A stretch of 64,000 nucleotides of DNA from Verrucomicrobiota bacterium (lineage in GTDB: Bacteria > Verrucomicrobiota > Verrucomicrobiia > Limisphaerales > Palsa-1400). Shown one piece after another: positions 50,701 through 55,733 of this stretch. Numbering within the stretch: the first letter of the stretch is position 1; each line of letters begins with the position of its first letter. The position numbers were made by a program, and so were the translations under genes. The notes under the pieces were generated by a model. The model did not search any database and was not told the origin of the DNA. It worked only from the letters and a program-made list of their open reading frames with translations. Location of the stretch: NCBI GenBank assembly GCA_049510745.1, contig JBEKYR010000024.1, positions 1 through 64,000 on the forward strand, in the 5' to 3' direction.

Positions 50701-53103
50701 GGCCTCACCTTCTACGTCGTGGTGGACGGCTATAACGGCGTCAGCGGCATGGCGCACTTGAACATTGGTTTGGGCGTGCCACCCACCATCGGTTCCCAGC
50801 CGCAAAGCAGCACCAACGCTCCCGGCCAAACGGTCGTGTTCTCCGTCCTGGCCACCGGCACCACCAATCTCTTCTACCAGTGGCAGTTCGACAGCGCCAA
50901 CATTGGCGGGGCCACGGCCGCTTCCTACACCAACGTCAACGTCCGGGCCGGCTCTGTCGGCTCCTACACCGTCATCATTAGCAATGTCGTCGGCGTCGTT
51001 ACCAGCGCGCCGGCCGTCCTCACCCTGCAATCGGTTCCCTTCATCCTCGCCCAACCGGCCAGTACCAACGTCAGTCCCGGCCAGACCGCAAGCTTCTCCG
51101 TCACCGCCGGCGGCGTCGCGCCTCTCTCCTACCAGTGGTATTTCAACAGCGCCGGCATTGCCGGAGCCACAAACACTTCCTACACCATCCCCGTTGCCCA
51201 GGGCGGCTCTGCCGGCTCCTACACCGTCGTCGTCACCAATTCCTTCGGCGCGGTCACAAGCGCCCCGGCCGTCCTCGTCGTGCAAGGGGCTCCCTTCATC
51301 GTCAGGCAACCGGCTGGCATTAACGCCGGCCTCGGCCAGACTGCAACCTTCTCCGTCACCGCCGGCGGCGTGCCGCCGTTCTTCTACCAGTGGTATTTCA
51401 ACGGCAAGAAGATTCCCTGGGCGACCAATTCCACTTTCACCCTCCCTTCCGTCCTGACCAACTATGACGGCTCCTTCTCCGTCGTGGTGAGGAACTCCTC
51501 CGGCAGCGTCACCAGTGCGGATGCCGTCCTGATCGTCGAAAACGAGCCTCGACCCACGGTCGCCATCTCCTCGCCCGCCAACAATTCCACCACCACCGCC
51601 GCCAGCGTCACCGTCAAAGGCACCGCCGCCGGCAAAGCCGGCATCACCCTGGTGCAACTTGTTGTCAATAGCAATCTACTCGGCTCCGCCGCCGGCTCCA
51701 CCAGTTGGTCGCGCGCGATCGATCTCCTTCCCGGAACCAACCGCATCACTGCGACCAGCTTTGATGCCAACGGCGTCGCCTCCGCTCCCGTCACCCACTC
51801 CGTCTTCCGCAAGGTCGTCTCCACCCTGACCCTTCTGACCAATGGTCCCGGCGGAATCCTCGGAGAAGCCAATGGCGCCGCGCTGTTCATCGGCAGGGGT
51901 TACACCGTCACCGGCGTGCCCAAGCCCTCGTCCGGATTCCTGTTCAGCAACTGGATGAGCGGCGATTCTCCCACCAACCTGACCCTCCTGAGCGAGAGTC
52001 CGGTCCTCAATTTCATCATGTCCTCCAACCTCGTTCTCCAGGCCAGCTTCGGCCCCAACCCCTTCACCAATGTGGCCGGCGCCTACAACGGTCTCTTTCC
52101 CACCAATTTCACCGAGGTCACCGAATCCAGTTCCGGCTTCATCACCGCCAACCTCACCGCCTCCAAGGGCGCCTATTCGGCCCGCTTGCTCCTGGACGGC
52201 GGCGCCTATCCGTTCAGCGGCTCCTTTAGCTTGACAGGCGACGCCCGGCACACCATCAATCGCTCCGGCAAGTCCCCCGTCACCGTGTTCCTGCACCTGG
52301 ACGTCAACACCAATCCGCCCGACAACCTGCTCACCGGCTCCGTCAGCAACGCCGCTTGGGTTTCCCCCATTTACGGCGAGCGGGCGGTGTTCAACGCCAA
52401 GACCGATAAAGCGACGGCTTATGCCGGCAAATACACCCTGATCATTCCGCCCGGCCCCGGCGCGCCGCAAGCCTCGCCGGGCGGCTATGGCGCCGCCATG
52501 TTCACCAACAACCTCGCCGGCGTCTCCGCCCTGGCCGGTCATCTCGGCGACGGCGCCGCCATCAGCCAATCCGTCCCGATTTCCCAGTACGGCGACATCC
52601 CCGTTTATATTTCCCTCTACTCGGGCAAAGGCTCGTTGTGGGGCTGGCTGACCTTCAGCAATATCGCGACCAATACTCCCCCGCAAACCCTCTCGGGCGA
52701 TGTCAGTTGGATCAAAACGCCGCTTCGGGCCAAACCGTTCTACACCAACGGATTCATCGTCCAGACCAACGTGCTCGCCTCGGTTTACGTGCCGGCAAAC
52801 ACTCTGCCGCCGACCAACTACACCCTGACCATTTCCAACGCCAGCCAGGGCATCCAGTTGGTTTACAGCAACCTCTCCTTCGTCAACCGCAAATTCACCA
52901 ACAACGCCGCCTTGACCAATCCCACCAACAAGCTCTCCGTCACCTTTGCCCCGGCCACCGGTGTGATGACCGTCACCTTCCATCCGACCGGCGCGCCCCC
53001 CGTCACCGCCACGGGCGTCGTCCTCCAGGATCAGGCGGCGACCAATGGCGCAGGATGGTTCCTGGGCAGGACCAACAGCGGTTACTTCCTGTTGCAGCAG
53101 TAA
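35734..53103 (+). CDS. Giant secreted/surface protein (~5,790 aa): beta-helix-like repeats, bacterial Ig-like, DUF642-like, InlB B-repeat-like and Ig domains
   Basis: Single uninterrupted ORF with host-like codon bias and a signal peptide; repeated domains visible. Confidence 0.93.
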   Translation: MPAKTFLFQLFGRCRGPLHRSPSRGLDSLLLFGCLLFAGPLYGFDIVADFSTNANPNGVWSYGWETNAGGPFQLMVSNQTADSGLLVGWQNGLTQPNWSGLLKYFGTNADSPSNPNYPDDLHLDPQSHAVMVRFTAPSNGTYQIDGLFRLVDTGTRPHDLLILSNSIATNFHVLTAYGQFGAQFPFAFTSALNQNDTLDFMASLNGNFAYLSTGLKGSITPANGITYTWTGAASGDWSNPANWTPQNTPGGSDTVLIGTGGSPIVSNAASVGAVILSSGATLNAQAGLTISNLFNWDGGGVAGALTIGANATLNLNSPATNTPYGQLSMTGATIINNGTVVWDGGTLVADSNTVVINNGLWLAQMDDLFSNPNGGSAVFDNYGTFAKSPTTGASTFSGVAFNNAGAVTVGSGAVNFGSGGVFGGTLLATNGSTILLSGGGVLSGVFTAAPGSSVVLNGGTFTNAKAAFAGGGSSYMTNGMLLLTNDVSPNLVLAGGLVFLGPQFQASGAITNLTLAGATLTGTNTVAGTLAWQGGEIDGVLTINNGGVLDLNGSATLVQTAALTNAGQIFWRGSSDWYLYNPGNASGGLINNLADGVIDVFCDQTMYNQSGSPWIDNSGIFRKSQGRGVTKLNVLFTNAGVVEVLNGSLTFNQPGDFGGSFSAANGAVFNFNGGGVLSGSFSTGFGATLNLAGGAFFPTSGVSFGGVGTNEQTGGTLTLLNDVIPNLIGNGGSVELAPGFQNGSINNLTLNNQTLEGANTVTGTLTLGGASTVAGPLTVASNGVLNIDGNSYAQANLTNAGTVNWNAGYFQVQYGSGIYNLQGAAFNINLTSGNYMDNNYGSEFFNNAGLLQKSTNSSSVTIYLILTNSGTVDVQGGTLVFGNSPSYPAPLLGGVFLAETNAQINFNGGGALTGLYNATTTGVIELTGGAFTYGAIPTFAGAGLSEMTGGSLTLVSNVIPNLGIQGGTITLGPSFQGGTITNLNLNGATLVGTNIVTGVLSMSGGDLYAGALTLAPYSTLNWGGGYIEIPLTVPANAVMNITGSSSYYTYLYSPLSNAGTVNWTGGDIYLESSVAINNLPGGTFNSEGGYVMGYSSYYGGSFINAGSFIQTNTSGTTYLELPFNNLATVNVASGTLAFYDYGSTIGGNYQAGPGGTIDFGSGGYLTGNYTALPGGTINLSGGVFSNAPSMLLTGGGGYQLDGGTITLVSNVIPNLQYTYGTVNLSPSFQGGAITNLTLNGASLSGANVVTGTLTMNGGDISGPLTVAGNAVLTLTGPNTVYIYSALTNAGTIDWMGGSIYLDSTNALYNFEGALFSIQCDQYLYSYEVYNYYTGTYTYAPFINYGTITKTNATGTTSFDAPLNNAGTVNVDSGVINLNEGGGLTGLYYTAQGAAFNLTGGSFTNTLANTLFTGPGSYAITGGSLYLAGDMITNLLLEGGDIYLLPGFQGGTITNLTLNGAILEGANTVTGVLNMTGYSDFYGPLTLAPNSVFNYGGGYFEYPVTISNNAVMNITGPNYTEFEAPCTNQGTINWTGGTIYLYSSLYNLSNAVFSIQCDQDLYDSGTIYNAGLIVKTNTFGATYENGFIANTGTVDVESGQMLFGESDGLIGGTWQVGISGLNSYGQFVFENAAVLTNVLNLNLENGLLLAPGDSFTPVTYYSEIGVFSAVNFLPPQGANTTVNYTPTNLTIAVSSVVGPVISINSPTNYQTFYGEAPIPIQVAVSDADTTVLMVQYYQGNTFIGSSVSGPAFPIMWYGASVGLYTLTAVATDAAGAVTTSAPVPIVVYPFTEGRNYVWTGNSSANWSDSGNWSPAGVPGAGDNAFLNSGVINLNDGFSVNNVILNGGVLGGTGFLTVNGGLVWTGGVLNSAITVGPGATLQIEGLSPLTLSNATLINLGTAFWMQGDILAVNGVIANEGSWTASGGSNVTCLASFLNSGLVEATNGATLNLSGGGTLDGSFTAAAGANINFSDGSFDYGANPVFGGNGAVSLTGGGLTLTNTVSPNLALAGGSLFLGPAFQNGGAITNLTLSGSALSGSNVVTGVLNLTGGSIYGQLTVTEGGSLNFFGPQYMYLESATLLNFGRVNWLGGEIYGDSDAITNNNLWLIESDNDLDLYQSTFVNNGTVQKLDSVNTTYFSLDAFVNNGTVDAESGHISLNASGALAGAYQTGSSGEIDFAGANMTLAQFPAFTGNGSFDLTGGMLTILSNVPPGFALAGGTVALGPGFQANGAITNLTLAGATLAGSYTVTGVLNFAGGAMSDSLTIAAGATLNLMGPNEFDVISGALTNLGTVQWSGGDIGMEDGTVIVNDYQWVAQSDNMLGYYCDCITNAAFINNGAFLKQGTTGYTEIKGIAFNNAGTVDAETGTIDFEDGGQIAGTYNTAGQAAVDFSSGAYTAAAPPGITGGGTVQLDGGSLALMQDQIPGLLLAGGTVTLGPAFQSNGAITNLTIQGATLAGSNLVTGTLNFGYGNIDGWLTVATNGTMVIGSNYPEYSLYLESGALTNFGTVLWSGDYIEGGLTTLFVNNGLWLAQGDNDLEYYYYNTSAFLNNGVFRKLGGTGYTYVSIPFINNGQVDAETGTVYFDDGGQIGGNYISAPGTAIYFAGGSFTNATPAGFAGPGAVELYGTLTLLSDQIPSLPLNNGTLILGPAFQNNGAITNLTLSGAALQGSNLVTGTLNWTAGYLSSSLTVAPGGVLNISSTAQKELYINYYNSSSLVNFGTVVWSGGELIGTAQTAVTNNGLWLVQTDSDLYSYSQNLIFVNNGTFRKTTTAGTTYFYYVTFINSGTLDVESGTVNFPSYSAYEQTVATLSFGASAPSLTGQLTLSSVVNLDGALTLNLLNGYTPVAGDVLKLITYPSAAGSFANFNLPPLGAGLNWQTEVGSAGVLLRVVRSLASANTLGLSGTVTDINHQPIAGAIVYAAITSATATNLIQNGSFESPNIGSTYLTYGPGSTNIPGWTVTGSPGSEVGIAGYYWEDVPAEDGNQYLDVTGDRVPGGGITQTFSTIAGASYDLIFYHGSYNHYGINNALGVTIAGNSYAYGETSAGNGSLDWRQVVIPFVATSNFTTLAFTNLTGFYSEDNFVDNAQVVPPDFNRVLQTVTASDGSYQIPLANETFQVGVSGLAAFGYNDIPAGPVAMNGTNQVTNFVATPLSLTNTGPFTITTSASPPDAGTTAGDGTNYANGASVTVTATVTNAGFVFSSWTENGYPFSTNASYTFTATRNRALVANFSPLFSISTAVYPSGGGSVVGGGTYASNASVTVTATPNAGFAFTSWTENGVVQSTSASYTFTVTTNRTLVANFYTPVVITTAASPPAGGITGGGGTYASGASVTVTAAANAGFVFISWTENGVVQSTSAGYTFIATNNRALVANFLPFYSISASANPPGAGTIGGAGTYASNAAVTVTATTNAGFFFVSWTENGVVQSTDASYAFTATRNRALVANFLPLYPVLLNISANLPSPVPATTNFVLRLQFDRTMNTAVAPTVLLTNAAAGASQPVVAANGSWSTVSSSNDTYSTPPITIASNMDGTVQVWVSGATDYRGDQMVLTNPTSFIVRISPPVVAISAPANGFSCTTTDTFNFTAGASSGFGIASLSLYANGTNLAGTTGPTNFTATVSDLAAGSYRLTAVAVDNRGLASTSRVTHITVNIPGTYLIDFEGVDASTNAVSGDLLANYLSGYGITLANVTSNTTVAVQNDMNIARGNLTVAQSGDNLLTQSGANGLVSYTLVFNQPYKSISWWRTELLAGPGIATPAWQATAYDANSNQVGLVREQQVFSSVNLPAKQFSLSAPAIMSVTFTGNNSIGSFDNLPLDDLLLSIFPSNAISVSLSANNTSLSAPGQVTLTAQASEVNASISEIDFYEGQNLIGGAFGSPAALALQNLAPGTYSFTAVATDNNGAVRSSTPVTVTVNTSSGVSVINFDSLDTSSGAVGGADLSNYLAGFGLTLTNVTQGTRLEADKGNDLSRGALADPSSPLNLFTQVGLSQPAPVTFTLAFANPVQSFGFTRVGLTPGSSLALHPAWTAHAFDASGTELESVSEPLIPVTSAAIPARVFQLAGANITSVRFDSDPQGSASFAAVLLDDLVLETNAASNALSITLSAPGNLTAPANFPLTASVQPANGSVDHVNFYLGPALLSVASSSPYSAVYSNALPGSYTFTAQVVDTNGYAKFSAPVQVTVAVGANSTNLNFDSLSAPATGAALTSYFAAYGITVTNLSPDTTLSVLSQAALYGGGLAPPTNVLTQTGSNGPVSFTLLFSNLLTQFSFTRPQLTANPSVSHPAWQVQAFDALGVPLAQAQEGLISSSTNVPAATFTLQSSNGIAGIAFESEGNGFATFNAMLLENFTLTVSPVSFPPSVLLTNPLPGQVYAEPGVIPLAASAVDPGATIAGVSFYANASNIGSASSSPYSISWTNSATGPFALTAVAANNFGLSRSSPPVNISVVPAAGVFGISGQPIGQTVALGGSMVFDVAASGSNLTYQWNQNNLPLPNQSSNVLVIAQVGDDDAGNYTVTVASGGQSITSQVAVLTVLNPPGITAQPQSVFATIGGTVTLSVGASGAEPFSYQWTLNGTGIAGATNSTYVITNAQPLSSGNYYAIVANSVGLTNSALATVVVTNVGGYQSADNFSNRISINPLVSPVIGNNLNATREPGEPLHDGKPGGKSIWYTWHASFTGVVSLTTLGSTFDTLLAVYTGTNVANLTLVAADDDSGGFFTSLVTFNCVAGTDYQIAVDGFQGAAGTVVLGLPAGTGYRVLNPASGDAVPSITQQPTNQVVPAGSTVTLSVSASSVSPLTYQWSFQNMPVAGASNSQFVISNFLSASVGNYSVLVANNVGSVPSAIANIQVIVTNNTGTPSGSAQDKFGDAVDLSQSAGTDSVGRREDSGGDVRGFSVSQTFSTVGATKEAAEPNPAGQSGGASEWYIYTTQEAGTLHLDTSGSAFNTILAAYTNSGSGAPTFATLVEVVSGFTTNYQKDGQPSLDIPNVPAGLTFYVVVDGYNGVSGMAHLNIGLGVPPTIGSQPQSSTNAPGQTVVFSVLATGTTNLFYQWQFDSANIGGATAASYTNVNVRAGSVGSYTVIISNVVGVVTSAPAVLTLQSVPFILAQPASTNVSPGQTASFSVTAGGVAPLSYQWYFNSAGIAGATNTSYTIPVAQGGSAGSYTVVVTNSFGAVTSAPAVLVVQGAPFIVRQPAGINAGLGQTATFSVTAGGVPPFFYQWYFNGKKIPWATNSTFTLPSVLTNYDGSFSVVVRNSSGSVTSADAVLIVENEPRPTVAISSPANNSTTTAASVTVKGTAAGKAGITLVQLVVNSNLLGSAAGSTSWSRAIDLLPGTNRITATSFDANGVASAPVTHSVFRKVVSTLTLLTNGPGGILGEANGAALFIGRGYTVTGVPKPSSGFLFSNWMSGDSPTNLTLLSESPVLNFIMSSNLVLQASFGPNPFTNVAGAYNGLFPTNFTEVTESSSGFITANLTASKGAYSARLLLDGGAYPFSGSFSLTGDARHTINRSGKSPVTVFLHLDVNTNPPDNLLTGSVSNAAWVSPIYGERAVFNAKTDKATAYAGKYTLIIPPGPGAPQASPGGYGAAMFTNNLAGVSALAGHLGDGAAISQSVPISQYGDIPVYISLYSGKGSLWGWLTFSNIATNTPPQTLSGDVSWIKTPLRAKPFYTNGFIVQTNVLASVYVPANTLPPTNYTLTISNASQGIQLVYSNLSFVNRKFTNNAALTNPTNKLSVTFAPATGVMTVTFHPTGAPPVTATGVVLQDQAATNGAGWFLGRTNSGYFLLQQ

Positions 53104-53112
53104 GCCCAAGAC

Positions 53113-53796
53113 ATGGCGCCGTTTTTGCAGTTGCGGGATGTTTGCAAATCCTATCATTCCGTCCTCGACGGCCCGCCCGTGGCCGTGCTCGAAGGCATTA
53201 ATCTCGAAATGCAGCCGGGCGAATCCGCCGCCATCATCGGCCCCTCCGGTTCCGGCAAGAGCACCCTCCTGAACATCATCGGCACCCTCGACCGCCCCAC
53301 GAGCGGCCAGGTCTCTCTCGACGGACAAGACCTCCTGCAACTGGACGACGCGCAATTGGCCGCCGTGCGCAACCGCCAGATTGGATTCGTCTTTCAATCC
53401 CATCATCTGCTCCCGCAATGCACCGTCCTGGAAAACGTCCTTGTCCCCACCCTGGCGGGTGGCGACAACCCCCATCGCGCCACCGCCCCGGACCGCGCCC
53501 GCCGCCTGCTCGAACGCGTCGGCCTGGGCCGGCGTCTGGACCACCGTCCGGGCCAGCTTTCCGGCGGCGAACGCCAGCGCACAGCCATCGTCCGCGCCCT
53601 CATCAACCAGCCCCGCCTCCTGCTGGCCGACGAACCCACCGGCGCGCTGGACCGCGCCGCCGCGGGCGAACTGGCGCGCCTGCTCGGCGAGCTGAACCGC
53701 GAGGAGCAAGTCACCGTCATCCTGGTCACCCACGCCGAGGACTTGGCCCGCTGCATGTCCCGCCGCTTCCAGCTCGTGGACGGACGGCTGGTTTGA
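53113..53796 (+). CDS. ABC transporter ATP-binding protein (LolD/MacB type)
   Basis: GPSGSGKST, IGFVFQ, LSGGERQR, LLADEPTGALD, VTH. Confidence 0.95.
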   Translation: MAPFLQLRDVCKSYHSVLDGPPVAVLEGINLEMQPGESAAIIGPSGSGKSTLLNIIGTLDRPTSGQVSLDGQDLLQLDDAQLAAVRNRQIGFVFQSHHLLPQCTVLENVLVPTLAGGDNPHRATAPDRARRLLERVGLGRRLDHRPGQLSGGERQRTAIVRALINQPRLLLADEPTGALDRAAAGELARLLGELNREEQVTVILVTHAEDLARCMSRRFQLVDGRLV

Positions 53797-53917
53797 AAGT
53801 TATTGACAACTGAACCCAGCAGTTGCTTTCCAACTGCAAAGAGCGCAGGACAGCGATCCAATTCCTGATGTGTGAATCATCCTGAATCCGGCAGTTGGAT
53901 TTTAAGAAAAAAAAGGA

Positions 53918-54030
53918 AGCCACAGATGGACACGGATAAACACAGATTTTAAGAGCCATCCCTCGTTGGGTGACTCCTGTTTTTTCCCCAACTCCTTCTG
54001 ATCTGTGTCTATCTGTGTTCATCTGTGGCT
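53918..54030. repeat. Hairpin element with 30-bp arms built of 10-bp units (ACACAGATRR)
   Basis: 53918-53947 and 54001-54030 are inverted repeats, 27/30. Confidence 0.88.
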
Positions 54031-54105
54031 GTAACTGATTTCTTAAGGATCATATCTTTCAGCGAACACTGATCAAAAACTGTAAAACGTGATGACTTTA
54101 TGCCG

Positions 54106-54927
54106 TCAACTCAATTGTTGAATGTATGAAGTTGACCCCAATGCTTTATTGAATGTATGAAGTTGACCCCAATGCTTTAGACCCTCTGGCCTTTTAATGG
54201 ATTCAGGATGCGGACTCGTGTTCGTTGTAAACGGATGCTTGCCGAGATTTGTTTCCGAAGGATATCGAACTGCAGAAAATTCAGTAATTAAATTGCTTCT
54301 CTGCTCGGGGGTGTATTTCAAAAATTCTGCATCGGGAATGCTTAACAGTTTGTCGACATTTCGCACTAATGGCGCAGGTCGTGAGGAGTAGGATTCGTCC
54401 TCCTGTCTGATCCAGAGAATGTCCCCAGATACCGCAGAAAGTAGCACTTGGACTGCAGGGGTCGTCCCCCAATCCAGCCAGTAAATCGGGACCGGCGGAT
54501 TTCCATCCATTCCGCCTGGGATTCGAAACTCCGTAACCTCGGGCTGCTCCTTTTCCAATTGAACCACCGACACGTCCAGTTTTCGCAGGCAATTGGTGGC
54601 AATTCGGTACGCATCATTCGTAGTAATCGTAACGTTCGTCGAGGAGAGGCTCCGTTGGTACGCCTCAAGAGAAATCCCTCCCGGCTCCGTCAGCTTCGTA
54701 ATGTAGCTAAGCCGTCCCGACATTCCGAATGAAAAGGAATAGTGTTGGGTTTCGATAACCCCCATGTATCCACAGACCCGATGGTCGTATACGCTAACCC
54801 TCGCGAGGTCCTCGATTTTGATGGGCAGTCGTTCAGGTAAGCCTAATCGATCGCACTCAAAAGTTGCCTCCGCTAGCATAAGAGAAGCGAGAACAAAGTT
54901 GTATGCCAAGGACGCCATTATGCTCAT
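54106..54927 (-). CDS. Hypothetical low-GC protein
   Basis: 273-aa ORF in an AT-richer segment; no recognised motif. Confidence 0.7.
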   Translation of the reverse strand: MSIMASLAYNFVLASLMLAEATFECDRLGLPERLPIKIEDLARVSVYDHRVCGYMGVIETQHYSFSFGMSGRLSYITKLTEPGGISLEAYQRSLSSTNVTITTNDAYRIATNCLRKLDVSVVQLEKEQPEVTEFRIPGGMDGNPPVPIYWLDWGTTPAVQVLLSAVSGDILWIRQEDESYSSRPAPLVRNVDKLLSIPDAEFLKYTPEQRSNLITEFSAVRYPSETNLGKHPFTTNTSPHPESIKRPEGLKHWGQLHTFNKALGSTSYIQQLS

Positions 54928-55015
54928 CTTTCAATTCACTTGCTTATTCTCTGGTCAGAGACATGCGCACGCAATAAATACAGCCTAATATAAAGTAAAC
55001 GAGAGAGGGTCACTC

Positions 55016-55470
55016 CTAGGATGTTGGTATTGAATCATTTTGTCTCCTCATTTGTTTTTCAGAAGCGCCAGTTTCGCCCTGGCTTGCTGGAACTGGCGCA
55101 GACCGCCGGGGCTTATTTTCCGGGGGCCGCGCCCGGCATTGGTGTAATGGCCCGTTGCCAGGCGCGCGGTGAGCCAGCGAAGCGACACGGTGCTGCGCTC
55201 GCGCAACCAACCCGCCAAGGCCGCTTTCTTCGCCGAAACCTTGGGCGGCGGGGCCAACGACTTCCGCCTTGTTCATGTTCAAAGCCTCTCACTCTCTGCC
55301 ATCGCCGTCAAGGCCCCGTCCCAATCGAGGGGGCGTCACTTTTCGACCGCCGCTCAAAGCTGGCTGGTGTTGCCTTGCCATGGTTTTGTCCAATTGCTGA
55401 TGAGCGCGTGGGGTTTGATCCGTTTGGGGGCTGACATGATTTCCGCCACGATTGGCAAAGAACCGCGAAA
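55016..55470 (-). pseudogene. Degraded remnant of a Y1/REP-associated tyrosine transposase-like gene (C-terminal HTH part)
   Basis: KAALAGWLRERSTVSLRWLTARLATG pattern; stops and frameshifts upstream; 5' boundary approximate. Confidence 0.55.
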
Positions 55471-55499
55471 CAGCCGAAGATGAAATTGCCGCAACAGAG

Positions 55500-55627
55500 C
55501 ACAGCGCGGGAGCCGCAACCAAAAAAAACGGACAGGATGAACAGGATTAACAGGATTAAGAATGGATTCAGAAAAAAGAATTTCCCCTTCATCCTGTCCA
55601 TCCTGTTCATCCTGTCAAAACTCTTTT
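55500..55627. repeat. Dispersed hairpin element with 9-bp periodic arms, copy 2 (inverted relative to 4867-5007)
   Basis: GCCGCAACCAAAAAAA..GGACAGGATGAACAGGAT...CATCCTGTCAAAACTCTTTT shared with copy 1. Confidence 0.85.
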
Positions 55628-55733
55628 TTCCACATGGGGTGGGGACCCCCTTTTTCGGGCCGGGCATCGAAATTTTTGCATCGCCTCTCCCGCCGGCCTG
55701 GCCGATACTCCGGCGGTGCAGGCGCGCGATTTG

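Noticed and set aside
36367..53733. Long minus-strand ORFs (663, 1410, 1155, 685 aa and others)
   Set aside because: Antisense shadows of the giant gene, expected from high-GC codon bias
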